A stretch of DNA of 63,568 nucleotides, filler included, from Craspedostauros australis (taxonomy: Eukaryota), in assembly GCA_030167865.1 (NCBI GenBank). It is 17 parts of 17 records of this genome, joined end to end, with 100 filler letters (N's around TTAATTAATTAA, not from the genome) between each part and the next. Parts side by side here need not be neighbours in the genome. Positions count along the whole stretch, not along the records: positions 12,456 to 14,401 come from JALAGF010002033.1; positions 14,502 to 34,742 come from JALAGF010002034.1; 15 more parts are not named here. The stretch is one strand, 5' to 3'. Positions within the stretch are counted from its first letter, which is position 1, and each line of letters opens with the position of its first letter. The position numbers and the translations under genes are program-made. This document shows positions 12,456 to 24,147 of this stretch, piece by piece. The notes below the pieces were generated by a model. The model saw nothing but the letters and a program-made list of their open reading frames with translations. It had not been told where the DNA came from and did no database searches.

Positions 12456-14390
12456 TCCCAAGCTTCGGATGATGATTTGCGCCCGCTGTATCAGCTGCGG
12501 CAAGAGTCTGTCCCCGATGACCTCAACCACTTCGCGGATTCCATCAACGATCCATCGTGGGATATAGACAACGACAACGACGATGATGGCAACGACAGGG
12601 ACAACGACATCAAAGGTATTCAAAACCATCACAACATTGCAGAACCTCGGCGAGGAACTCCGACGAAACCAACGGAGAATGAAACGGGAAGCGGACTCAA
12701 GAAATCTCGTTCCATGGTCGATCTATCCCTCCACAGCAACCAACTGCGCAACCGTGAAGAAGCCTTGGATCGCTTTTACCACTTCGCCAGACGTCTGGAC
12801 AGCTACCGCGAGGGCGTCAAGGACCATCAGCTCTCCTTCTATTCGCGACAGCTCGGCGGAGAATTCCATTTCATTCGCTTCGAGACGCGCCGCATGTCCA
12901 ACGCCATCGACCTCATCCGCGCCAACAACCTCCATCTCAACATCAAGACCATGGGGGCCACGGGCGGTGGAGCGCACAAATTCGCCAACGAATGGGACGA
13001 GTTCCTGGGCATCGAGATGGACAAGCAGGAGGAGTTGGATTGTCTCGTGGCTGGCATGCAGTTTGTCCTCAGCACGGTGGTGGGTGAATGTTATACGTTC
13101 CGTCCCGACAAGAGCAAGAAGCGGCAACGACGCCAGCAGCAGCAGCAGCAGTGTGGTGGGATCAAGTCGCCATCATCATCGCCAAAGAACGGCAACGACT
13201 TAGAGGAGAAAACGGATCTTCCGACCACAGTCGAAAGTGCAGACCTACGAACGTCGGTAAGCCGAATGACATTCCAAGAAAGCGATGCTGGCTTGTCAGC
13301 ATCTCATAGTCAACAGCAGCAGCAGCAACAGCAGCAACAGCAGCAACAACAACAGCAACATCACTCTTCAGAAGCAACCAACGACACGACGACTGATCCA
13401 CTCAATAATACAGCCAACCAAAATGAAAATGATCTCAGCGACAACGACGACGACGACGACGACGACGATGGCAGCAATGATGACTCATCTGCTGATGAAA
13501 CCCCCATCATGCAGAACAAGGCGGACGGCGGAGATGATTGGTGGTGGTCTCGNAAGGTGCAGAGAGACGCCATCTCGTACTCCTCCACGTATCCTTACCT
13601 CATCGTCACGATCGGAACAGGAGTGTCCATCCTGCGTGTGGATGGACCGCGCAAGCACGAGCGTATCTCCGGTTCCACCATCGGCGGCGGAACGTACTGG
13701 GGGCTGATCCGGCTGCTCACGGATGTGGAAGACTTCGAGGATGTCCTGAAGCTCGCATACCGCGGTGACCCCACCAAGGTCGACATGATGGTCGGCGACA
13801 TTTACGGCAACAACAGCGACGCCCTGGAGAAGCTGGGGCTGCCTTCGCACGTCGTCGCCTCGTCCTTCGGCAAGCTGGTGGCCAAGGAAGATCCGGCCGA
13901 AGGGCTGACTCAGGAGGATCTGGCCCGCGCCCTCCTCCTTATGGTCACCAACAACATTGGCCAGGTCGCCTACCTCAACGCCAAACTCCACAAAACACCC
14001 CGCATCTATTTCGTCGGCAACTTTCTGAGACGCAACAAGCTGTCGCAGAAACGACTCAGCTACGCCATCTCCTACTGGAGCAAGGGTGAGATGGAGGCCT
14101 TGTTCTTGGAGCACGAAGGGTACTTCGGAGCGCTGGGTGCCTTCCTGCTCTCCCAAAACATCTCCGATGATACACAAGGATTTACAAATTGGAATGAACG
14201 TCAGGGGTCATCCGGCAGCAGTAGCGACAGTGGAAAATCGAATGCTGCTTCTTGTACCGCAAAAGACGATGGGACTGCATCTGTATCTGGAGATGGAACG
14301 GAAGCTGAAGCAATCCCGCCACCAACATCGCAAAAACGATCCGTCTCCAGCTCGTTCTTTCAAAAACGTAGCAAAACATTTGCGACGTGA
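12456..14390 (+). CDS. PANK: Type II pantothenate kinase, middle and C-terminal part (5' truncated)
   Basis: PYLIVTIGTGVSIL, GSTIGGGTYWGL, VDMMVGDIYG, VASSFGK, NNIGQVAYL, IYFVGNFLR and FLEHEGYFGALGA form the Fumble/PanK II signature. Stop TGA at 14388-14390. Confidence 0.93.
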   Translation, partial: SQASDDDLRPLYQLRQESVPDDLNHFADSINDPSWDIDNDNDDDGNDRDNDIKGIQNHHNIAEPRRGTPTKPTENETGSGLKKSRSMVDLSLHSNQLRNREEALDRFYHFARRLDSYREGVKDHQLSFYSRQLGGEFHFIRFETRRMSNAIDLIRANNLHLNIKTMGATGGGAHKFANEWDEFLGIEMDKQEELDCLVAGMQFVLSTVVGECYTFRPDKSKKRQRRQQQQQQCGGIKSPSSSPKNGNDLEEKTDLPTTVESADLRTSVSRMTFQESDAGLSASHSQQQQQQQQQQQQQQQQHHSSEATNDTTTDPLNNTANQNENDLSDNDDDDDDDDGSNDDSSADETPIMQNKADGGDDWWWSXKVQRDAISYSSTYPYLIVTIGTGVSILRVDGPRKHERISGSTIGGGTYWGLIRLLTDVEDFEDVLKLAYRGDPTKVDMMVGDIYGNNSDALEKLGLPSHVVASSFGKLVAKEDPAEGLTQEDLARALLLMVTNNIGQVAYLNAKLHKTPRIYFVGNFLRRNKLSQKRLSYAISYWSKGEMEALFLEHEGYFGALGAFLLSQNISDDTQGFTNWNERQGSSGSSSDSGKSNAASCTAKDDGTASVSGDGTEAEAIPPPTSQKRSVSSSFFQKRSKTFAT

Positions 14391-14501
14391 TGATGATGAT
14401 GNNNNNNNNNNNNNNNNNNNNNNNNNNNNNNNNNNNNNNNNNNNNTTAATTAATTAANNNNNNNNNNNNNNNNNNNNNNNNNNNNNNNNNNNNNNNNNNN
14501 N

Positions 14502-15016
14502 TGCTGCGCCTTGTAGTCCTTCAGCTGCTGGTACATCCTGTGCCATTTCCTGTCATGCGTGCTCATGTCCAGCGGCTTCTTGCGGATGGCGCTCGCCTTG
14601 ACCGCCCAAACGAAGTTGATGCTGTTGAGCTTGGCCTTGCGCCGATCGCTGAGCTTGTTCTTTCGGTTCAGCTTGCGCTGATTCGACACCCAGATGCCCA
14701 GGCTGGGGTCCAGATCGNAATCCAGCGGCACCACGCAATGTCCTTCGCCATCATGGAACCGCCGCAATCGATCGAAGATGGCATCCCACTTGTCATCGGC
14801 GTTGGGATCCTTGCCGGAAAGGTCGTAGCCGATGGATCGCAGCTGCTCCTTCTGATCGTCCGACAACGTCTTCCTTCTGCGCTGGCCTGCCGCCCACTTG
14901 GCCAGCATGCGCGTCTCGCCCGCGTAGGGAACGTCGCAGTGGCCATGCAATTTGACGAACGCCTTCAGGCGATCGAAGTTGGTCTGCCAAACAGAGGATG
15001 GCAGTCCGCCTGCCAT
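14502..15016 (-). CDS. Helicase-associated (HA) domain repeat protein (3' truncated)
   Basis: Repeats of W...F..L..F...HGHC.VP......L..W...QR: WQTNFDRLKAFVKLHGHCDVPY, WDAIFDRLRRFHDGEGHCVVP and WHRMYQQLKDYKAQ, plus LNSINFVW. This matches the Pfam HA pattern. Confidence 0.88.
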
Positions 15017-15810
15017 CGTCTGTGTATGTTGTATTATGTTATATGTTGTATGTTGTGAGTTGTGTGTTGATGTGCATCAGCACATTGTGGTACTAATACC
15101 AATGGGGGCTGCCACGATCTATGTGTCATGTGTGGATTTGGTTCTCTCTGTGCGAGTTGATCTGTGGCCGAAGCGTGTTGCCCCTCTCGCATCTCTTTCT
15201 CCTTGTCTCCCACGATTCTGTCGTTGTTTTCTGCGCTTGTTGTTGTCGCACAAGAGAAACACTCCGTCAAGAAGCACAACACGAAGCCCAAGTCACGAAT
15301 ATGAATCCCGTATGAAATTCGTAGACGTGCGATAGAGCAGGCCACTCAACTATTGTTGCCACCCATGTTGGCATACTGGTTGGGAAAGGATTCTCTTCAC
15401 CATGCATACGTATGTATACACGCACATACACACGCACATACGTATCCTAAACTCACAGACATTCCATGGCTCACTATGGGCTCTGTGCAACGTGTCATGG
15501 ACGCGGATTGTATCTGCATCGGTTGCTGCAAATCTTCGATCCTTGAGTGTGGAAGCAAAATTTCATATCCGTACCGCAGGTACCAGGCACGTGGAAAAGG
15601 CCAATGTTTCATTGCTCTGCGCATGTTGTGGTAGAAGTCATCCCGCGCTGCCCTATACCATGACTGCACAACTGCAAGCAACACCGAAATCAAAGCGTTC
15701 GAAAGGATGTCGAAATCCTCAGATCATAAAACTAAAGTGAGGCAGGACAGGAACCCCAATCGCCACCTTTCCCTCATTCTCTCGAGATATCGCAACTATC
15801 CACCACCGCC

Positions 15811-16779
15811 ATGGCCACCAAGATCTTCATCGTGGACGACGCTGCCCAACTATCCCAAGAGGAGCATAGCGCATTCGCCCTGTTCGGAGACAACATTGAC
15901 AACGCCATCGCCTCCTCATCCCCAGATAAGTTTGCTCGCGTGGCCTATGATTGCGAGGGAGTCGATCTCTCTCGTGTGGGAACTGTCGAGATCATCGCCT
16001 TCTGCTTCGAGACGAAAGATGATGACGCTGCCCCTGGCCAACAAGCAACCACTTTCCTCGTCGATGTTGGAAACGGAAGCAACTCGTCTCTGCGCCAAGG
16101 CCGCATCGACTTGATCCGCAAGCTGTTCGCATCGGAAACCGTGGAGATGATCATCCATGATTCTCGGATGGACTGCGATGCTTTGAATCACCTCCTCAAG
16201 CTTGACCCGCCGAAGCGTATGCACGATACCAGTTGCTTTCACCACGTCATCACGGGCATCGAAAACCAACCCCTCAACGTCGTTCTCGCATACAACGGCC
16301 TGGTCTCCAATACCACCCGCGACAAGAGCGTGTACAAGGCCAATCCCCGCTTCTGGGCAACCCGCCCCATCACGCCTCGCATGAAGGAGTGGTCGGCATC
16401 CGACGTCGACAAGCTCTTCAAGGTCGCCAGCAAACAGCGTGAGACTCTGGAAAAAGCGGTGAATACAATGGCGATGTATTCAGGCGCAAGATGCAGCTCC
16501 AAGTTGGAGAAAGCGGAGAAGATGTCGATGGACTTCAGCACGTACTTGCTGAAGATGGAGTGCGTGCACAACTTGCCATGCAAGGTCCCACCCGGACGAT
16601 TCATCGGCAAGGGCGGTGCCAACATCCGCAGCCTCCAGAAGAGAACTGGCACGATCATCTACCAAGACCATTGCAACTCCATCGGCAAGCAGGTGCGCTG
16701 GCTTGTGTACTATCCCAACGAGTCTGCCTTGCAGCAGGTCAAGGCTAACATGAACGAGATGCGAGGCGCCCATTGGTGA
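15811..16779 (+). CDS. DEDD 3'-5' exonuclease (EXD1/Egalitarian-like) with C-terminal KH domain, 322 aa
   Basis: ExoI AYDCEGVDLSRVG, ExoII IIHDSRMDCDAL, MHDTS, and ExoIII WATRPITPRMKEWSASDV. KH GxxG loop in GRFIGKGGANIRSLQKRTG. Confidence 0.85.
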   Translation: MATKIFIVDDAAQLSQEEHSAFALFGDNIDNAIASSSPDKFARVAYDCEGVDLSRVGTVEIIAFCFETKDDDAAPGQQATTFLVDVGNGSNSSLRQGRIDLIRKLFASETVEMIIHDSRMDCDALNHLLKLDPPKRMHDTSCFHHVITGIENQPLNVVLAYNGLVSNTTRDKSVYKANPRFWATRPITPRMKEWSASDVDKLFKVASKQRETLEKAVNTMAMYSGARCSSKLEKAEKMSMDFSTYLLKMECVHNLPCKVPPGRFIGKGGANIRSLQKRTGTIIYQDHCNSIGKQVRWLVYYPNESALQQVKANMNEMRGAHW

Positions 16780-17639
16780 TTACCAATCACGCATAACCAC
16801 GAGTAAGATCCTTTCTCTCTCAAGAGGGAGCATCTTTGAGGTTGCAAACAAGTCACCTCAGAGACTGTCTATGACCCCATTCTTGTTTATTGTTTAGATC
16901 GTAGTGTTCTTGCTCGAAAGGTATCTTTTTGGATCGCGTCAACGCCGGGAGAGAGAAAGTGCTGTCTCAAATGTCACGACACCATCAAACTCAACTTGAG
17001 GAGGTCCAAAGACGCGTCCCAAACTTCTCCACTTCAGCAAAGAGAGCGACGAGGGGAGCCGGTGGCGGGGTAAAGTGCGTCTTCTCTCTCTGTCTTCTCC
17101 ATCCAATCCGCGATTGTGTGTCTGTTGGGCAACAAGAGATGGGTCTTCGCGCGACGATCATCCCGAAGAAGAGGGAGACCGAACTCGAGTGTTGGTGCGC
17201 TGCCTCTGGTCGAGTTGTCAAATGATCAATCGCCTCACGTCTCATGGGTCTTGCATAGAGTATGTATGCTGGCTCCTTGACGTTGGGTGGTAAATCGGAG
17301 GGGATGGGTTTGCTTCTGACGGGAGGAACACGGCAGAACAGTGACGCTGACACCCACGATACTTGCGATGAGTGGCATCGTTCTCGTCGATGCTCGTGGC
17401 ATGATGATGTGTCAATGAGGCGCAACGATGTAGTATACGACCTGCTATAGTCGTACCACGGAGAAGGCATTTGCTGCGCCCACAGTGTGCAAGTGGAATC
17501 AACGACCAAGGACCCTGCAATCTCGAAGCACCGGACAACATCATTGCTGACGAACCGACCATACGATACTACTACCATACATTCATGGGGCAACCATCGC
17601 CACTGCGCATCCACAAAGCGAATCAAGAAGAGCTATCGC

Positions 17640-20600
17640 ATGGCACCATACAATACCACCAACGTCTCTCCAAAGCACATGCACGCAAACACCATGAGCG
17701 AAACCCCGCTGCCTCGCAACACAATGTCGGAGAGCATCATATCCTCGGAATCCATCACCAAAACAGAACAACGCAGCGACGGCGATTGCGACGAGCTGGG
17801 CGAGATTAGAAGACTTTCGAGATGCGATACCTTCAACGTGCGGCTGTGGAGAGGGATTCTGGCATTTGCGCTGCTCGCGACGGCCGCGGTCGTCACAGGA
17901 TGTACCTTCAAGGTTCGTTGGTGTCTGTTACGCTCTGCGAGGAACTGTCCAGCTGCTTTCGCAAAATAGTATAGTACTCTGCAGCCACGTCCAAATTCTC
18001 ACACCTCGTCTGTTCCCATCTATCCACTCTCATCACCCTCCTTGTTGCCTCGGACTCGATCATCGTTGACACCATGCTGCGGGTCGTCGATGTACTCTGA
18101 GAGCAGTTTCTCGACAATGAAGAAAATAGAAACTTCGAAACGGCGGTAAGTGTCATAACATAGAATACGAAGAAGAAGGGTAGAGTTGATGCAGCGTCTG
18201 CAGAATACGTGCGTGTCTGCGAAGTCATTAAGGTATTTGGGCGACCCATCACGTTGTACCCACCATGCCCATGCCCATCCCACTCACCACATCTCCCATC
18301 CTCGATGCGGATCCACGTTCGCAACTTCCGCAGTACGATCAATTTGCAATCACCATCGAAGAAGCACTTGTCGACCAACAGAATCGGCTCCGCACAGCTT
18401 ATCATGGGGTCGCGAAGCAGGTCTCCACGCAGGTGCAAACCACAGGCGGGACATGGCCTTTGGTGACAGTTTCCAACTTTGGATTCAGTGCATTGCCAGC
18501 GATGAAAATGTCGCGGACGGAGTCTACGTGGCTCATGCACGTCGTCGAGCATGACGAGGTGACCGCATGGATCAATTACACGTCGCAGGAGCACGAATCT
18601 ATGCTGCATCACGCGCACAAGAATGAACGACATGACGCGGACGATATCGATCCAGATACCTTCCATCCATTCATCACGACGACATCGCATTCCGGCTTCG
18701 TGGCGGATCGTGTGCGGGACAAGTACTTTCCAGTGTGGGAGTATGCGCCGGCTCCGCTTTCGTATACCTTGCTCAATTGGAACTTGTTGGGATCGAAGTA
18801 CCCGACACTTGACCTCGTCAGTGCGACCATGGAATTCAAGGATGAGATTGTGTACGGTCTCGCGGGACCGAGCGCCATTGAAGGTGGACTCCCATCTATC
18901 GGAGAAGACGATGGGCACAAACATGGACATGACGGCCATTCACACAGCTCTTCACACCACCGTGGTCTGTCCAATGCCGCCAAGGGGTTCCCGCACTCGA
19001 GCTTCTTCTTGGCTGTGCGTGAACGGATCGAAGATCCAGATTCGCCCGTTGTCGCAGTGATTGGCGGAGTGTTGGGATGGGACCTCGAGCTCAACGACGT
19101 ACTTCCAGCCAGCGTCAAAGGGGTCATCATCGTGATTCACAACACCTGCGGACAAGCGCATACGTACGAGATCAACGGTCTTCAAGCCGACCTTTTGGGA
19201 GAAGGCAAGTGAAAGATGTTCACGGCGCATGGTTCATTTTGGTTGTGCTGTTTTGCATGTTCCTGCCGTGATTGCGCGACTATTCCGGCCCATCTAACTT
19301 CTCCCATATCTTCGTTTGCATCACTACGGCTTTCACATGACATCATTGCAAACCCAATCCGACGCAATCTGACCGAATACTACACTGCTCATGCACATGC
19401 ACAGGAGATCTCCACGACGATACCTACAACAAGTACATGCACGAAATCGATCTATCAATGTCCACCAACAAAGCCTTCAACGAAGCGACATCGCATTGTC
19501 GCTACTCGATGAAGATGTATCCGTCCAAACGATTCGTTGAGCCGTACGAAAAGTGGACCCCCGAACTTTTCGCTTGCGTCGTCTCCGCCACATTCCTGTT
19601 CATCTTCGTGCTGTTCGTCGTGTACGATTGGCGCGTCTACCGCAGGAACGAAAATATGGTGGAAAACGCTGCCAAATCCAACGCCATCGTGGCATCGCTG
19701 TTCCCCGCAAGCATCCGAAAGCGGTTGCTCCCCGAACTTCATGACCATGCCAAGACGCCTCGCAAGAGAATCAGAAATCTGAAGACCTACTTGCATGGCG
19801 AGAGCCCCGGTGGGCCCGACACCTTTGATCAGCCGTTGGCGGACTTCTTCTTGGAAACGTCAGTGCTGTTTGCGGATATCGCCGGATTCACAGCATGGAG
19901 CTCGGTGCGAGAACCATCGCAGGTCTTTTCGCTCCTCGAGACCGTGTTTTCATCATTCGATACCATCGCCAACGCAAGGCGCGTGTTCAAAGTGGAGACA
20001 GTGGGAGATTGCTACGTTGCTGCCACCGGGATCCCGGATGCACGAAAGGATCATGCTATCGTGATGGTGCGGTTCGCTCGTGATATCCTCAGGCGAATGT
20101 CCTTCATCACCAAACAGATGGAAGCCACGCACGGCCCCGAGACGGGGGATCTGTCGTTGCGTGTCGGAATGCACTCTGGTCCAGTCACGGCGGGCGTCCT
20201 GAGAGGCGAGAGGGCTCGTTTCCAGCTGTTTGGAGACGCGGTCGATATCGCAGCATCGATGGAGCACACAGGCAAGGTTGGTCGAATTCAAGTCTCGTCA
20301 ACAACGGCCAAGATACTGAGATCGCAGGGCAAGGCTTCGTGGTTGACCAAGCGAGAGAATCTGGTTACAACTGCAGGGGAAGGGAAGATCCAAACGTAAG
20401 TACGATGATTGCCATGTGCCAGGCACTGTATGGGTACGTGCTTGAGTTGTACTGCAATTCTTTGATCATACGCATCACTCACATCAATGTGCACATCGTT
20501 CATTGCGCAACATAACCACGCGGATATTTTGACATGCGTGCGCACCGCTCCATTTTCGCAGCTACTGGATCACTGGTGTGGGGCACACTTCAGCTGACCA

Positions 20601-22431
20601 GCAACATGAGCATTCGCCGCAAAATGCGCCATGCACGGCAAACGCAGTTTCCATCATCCCGGTCATGGCTCCGGAGCAATGCCCACAGACGCCACCACGA
20701 AAATCAGCAGTGGTGCCGGCTTCAGCATTTGAGTCAATGGTGATTCAAGATGCACAAGAACCATCTCCGGTTGCCCAAAATCAAACACAACAATTCATCA
20801 TCGATGATGGGAGCTCATCTCCGGAACCCATTGCCCACGTCTCGCTCGATGCGCGAACAGAGCGCTACGTGGATTGGCATGTCAATATGCTTGTGAATCT
20901 AATGAAGGACATTGTGGCTCAGCGCGAGGCCATTCATGTCATCCAGCAACACACACCCAAAAGTAGAAGCAGTAGTGGAAGCAAGCCTGGAAGCAAGCCT
21001 GGAAGCAGAGCGGGAAGCAGAGGACCTTCGTCACCCGTCGGTCCTCGAAAGTTGAGAACGCTCGACACCCAGGCGTTGGTGAATGGAATCATGAATGGGT
21101 TCATGAACGGGAGCGCATCTTCCATGCAATCATTCACGTTCTCAACACAGTCGGTTTCATCATCCGGCTACGCAGAAGATGCCGCTGGCACAGATCCTGG
21201 CACTGGCTGTGGAAGGGCCGATTTCAATGATCGCGGATCGGACGACATGGAACTCCTCAACGATTCATGGATCCCGCTCAACGAAGTCAAGGACTTCGTT
21301 CATCTTTCCGCCTTCAATAGCCAAATCGCGAAATTGGAACGCCCGGACGATGTTGACATCTCGGAGCAAGTCACCCAGCAGCTGCGATCGTTCGTGTCAG
21401 CGATCGCTTCAATGTACAGGCGCAACGCTTTCCACAATTTCGAGCACGCTTCGCATGTCACCATGTCAGTCATCAAGCTAATGTCAAGGATCGTGGCACC
21501 AGGATCTTCCGAAATCAACAACGACCAGAAGCTGCATCCGAAGTCCCAGCGTGGGGCGAGCATCACGAAAACGGACGACGAGGAGGCCGCAGCAACCAAA
21601 CCTATCTCGTCCAGATCATCATCATTGCCAGCGCAGTTCCAACGTTCGAAATCAGACGACTCGCTCGACATCGCTGCAGCGACCATGCACGATCACACCT
21701 ACGGCATCACATCGGACCCGATGGTTCGATTCGCATGCGCATTATCCGCGCTCATACATGACGTGGATCACTGTGGTGTTCCAAACGCCCAGTTGGTCAA
21801 AGAGCAAACGCCTGCCGCACAAGTCTACGATGGCAGATCTGTCGCGGAGCAAAATTCGCTGGTGCTGGCCTGGGAATTGTTCATGTCGGATGAGTACGCT
21901 ACGTTGCGATCTTGCGTCTGCCCGACGGCGAGCGAGGCCCGCCGGTTGAGACAGCTGGTGGTGAACGCCGTCATGGCAACGGATATCGTCGACAAGGATC
22001 TGAAGAAGGCCCGCAACGAACGCTGGGACAGGGCGTTCAATAGCGACGCATTGCGCCAATCGGAGAACGATGTGACGAATCAGAAAGCAACCATCGTCAT
22101 TGAGCATCTGATGCAAGCCTCTGACGTTGCGCACACTATGCAGCACTGGCACATCTATCGCAAATGGAACGAGCTGTTCTTCAAGGAGTGCCACGCAGCA
22201 TACAAGGCCGGTCGGTCCCAAAGCAACCCGATCGACACCTGGTACAAGAGCGAGATTGGATTTTTCGACTACTACATCATTCCGCTGGCGAAGAAATTGA
22301 AAGAATGCGGCGTCTTCGGCAAGTCCAGTGACGAGTACTTGAACTACGCGCTAGCCAACCGTGCAGAATGGGAACGCCGCGGCGAGGAGATCGTAGCAGA
22401 GATGGCAAAGGAGGTGGCTGGAACAGCATAA
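17640..22431 (+). CDS. Gene A: receptor-type class III nucleotide cyclase-phosphodiesterase fusion, 5 exons, ~1347 aa
   Basis: Predicted exons 17640-17912, 18107-18145, 18334-19204, 19405-20395 and 20562-22431 sum to 4044 nt and join in frame. Two TM helices flank a sensor region. Cyclase motifs LFADIAGF, KVETVGDCY and RVGMHSGPVTAGVL; PDE motifs FHNFEHASHV, HDVDHCGVPN, ATDI and QASDVAH. Confidence 0.88.
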
Positions 22432-22578
22432 TGAAGTTTTGGAAGGGGAGAAATGGCAACAGAGAAATTGAAGTATTGTTGAGCATTTGCTGTGGTTGAA
22501 TAGAACAAGCTCCGCAATTGACTTGGACGACGAAACTCTCGATTAGGAACCGCTGCACCATTGCTGTCTGGGTTGTTG

Positions 22579-23943
22579 TCACGCCGTCTCCGAAGATATT
22601 GTTTCTGTGAGATCGTCCGCTAACGAAACGGACACGCCGTAGGAGTTCTTCTGCGCAAAGATGAACGAATTCTGATAGCCCCCATCCTTCTGGACTTTGA
22701 CGTCAATCATCGCCTTGTCCTCTCCGACATTGATTGGAGGAGCTTTGCTTATTTCTTGCTGCTTCATTGCTGGTTCTTCTTGCTGCTTCGTTGCCGGATC
22801 CTTGCGTGCCCCCGATTCTGCTTCTCTCTCGCCACTCCCTACCGGCTGGCATACCTGCACGCCTTGATACAGATTCTGCGCCCAACAATCGAACTTGATC
22901 TGCAAGGACTGCCGCGGAGGTCCGTGCCACTTGTTTTGCTTCCATCGACCGTAACTGCAGACATCCTTCGCATGGAAGATGTGGCCGCCAACGTCGAATA
23001 CCGTTTTGTTCTTGAGATGGTACTTGCCCGGCAAACAGCATGGCTTGAGCGCCAGCAAATCGATCTTGCGATTGTGATGCTGCTGTGGCCTCTTATTGAA
23101 CAGCTCGATCGCCTTGATGGACAGCGTGCCACACAAGTGAATCGCCAGGAGCAGGATGGGACCCCTGGGGATCACCTCGCCGGGTTCCTGTTTTTGTCTT
23201 TTCTTTTGCTGTTCCCGATGTGGAGACGCAGGATCCGTGTCCACAACACCACCGGGTTCACCGACGCCAACGTCTACCGGCCGCACGGCATCGTTGTTGT
23301 GCAGCAGCTTCTGCTCCAGCTGCCGGATGCTCCTGGACTTTTTGAGATCCTGCTTCGTTGTCTGCAAAGGAATCGGCCATGCGTACGGTCGCTGCGTCTT
23401 GGGATTGACGCCGTAAATGTGTTCCCAGCTGATGTGGCTGCTGTCGAAGGTCATGATCCGTTGCGCACCCGTGTGCATCGGCCATGCCTTATCGACCAGC
23501 ACGCACTTCTCGACCTTGGCCGGATCCAGCATCTCGCTCAGCAGCATGGACAGGTATCCTTTGCCGCTTGCCAAATCCACGATCAACACGCGATGATGCG
23601 GATCATCGAATCGATCCACGTATCGCACCACCAGCTCCAACACCGGCAAGGCCTCCATGCATTCCTTGACGACGCGGTCCTGCGAGAAGATGCGCTTCCA
23701 CAGCGCGGGATGATCGGGACGGTAGCGTTTGCGCCATTGCACGACAGCGTCGGCGCAGCGTCGCACAATCGTCCGATAACGAGCGCAGAGTTCGGCATTG
23801 TGCGCATACATGGCATCCAAGAACCATGCGCGGAAATCCTCGTCACTTTCCACGACGTGCGCATTGCCCTTCGGTTGGTCCTCCTTCACATCCCTCTCTC
23901 CCATGGGGCAATCGCTTGCCTGACTTGCCGCTTGCTCTGTCAT
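22579..23943 (-). CDS. Putative class I SAM-dependent methyltransferase, ~454 aa
   Basis: Motif I LIVDLASGKGYLSMLL, then VLVDK, AIHLCGTLS and LKPCC, a pattern seen in Methyltransf_32-like proteins. Likely start MTEQ at 23943, although the ORF is open to 24021. Confidence 0.72.
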   Translation of the reverse strand: MTEQAASQASDCPMGERDVKEDQPKGNAHVVESDEDFRAWFLDAMYAHNAELCARYRTIVRRCADAVVQWRKRYRPDHPALWKRIFSQDRVVKECMEALPVLELVVRYVDRFDDPHHRVLIVDLASGKGYLSMLLSEMLDPAKVEKCVLVDKAWPMHTGAQRIMTFDSSHISWEHIYGVNPKTQRPYAWPIPLQTTKQDLKKSRSIRQLEQKLLHNNDAVRPVDVGVGEPGGVVDTDPASPHREQQKKRQKQEPGEVIPRGPILLLAIHLCGTLSIKAIELFNKRPQQHHNRKIDLLALKPCCLPGKYHLKNKTVFDVGGHIFHAKDVCSYGRWKQNKWHGPPRQSLQIKFDCWAQNLYQGVQVCQPVGSGEREAESGARKDPATKQQEEPAMKQQEISKAPPINVGEDKAMIDVKVQKDGGYQNSFIFAQKNSYGVSVSLADDLTETISSETA

Positions 23944-24147
23944 GATCTTCAACGTAGCGCAACGCAACGCAACGCAAAGAATGGTGTACGTAGCTCGTGG
24001 AGTGTTGCGGAATAGTATCATACGTGCGTTGCTGGCGACGGAGGATCACATTCCGCCGCACCGAAACGACACCCATCAACAAAGATCATTTTGTGGTGTG
24101 TGACACGCGTGAATGACTGATTCCCGTGTATTATGTAGATACGTTGT

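Noticed and set aside
7687..14390. Four-copy tandem or inverted pantothenate kinase cluster
   Set aside because: The copies are on separate contigs with identical breakpoints and overlap as reverse complements; best explained as redundant haplotype fragments of one gene.
22756..24015. 419-aa plus-strand ORF and similar long antisense ORFs (8544-9368, 24975-25808, 17908-18939)
   Set aside because: Shadow frames opposite motif-bearing genes in GC-rich coding DNA, with no domain signatures of their own.
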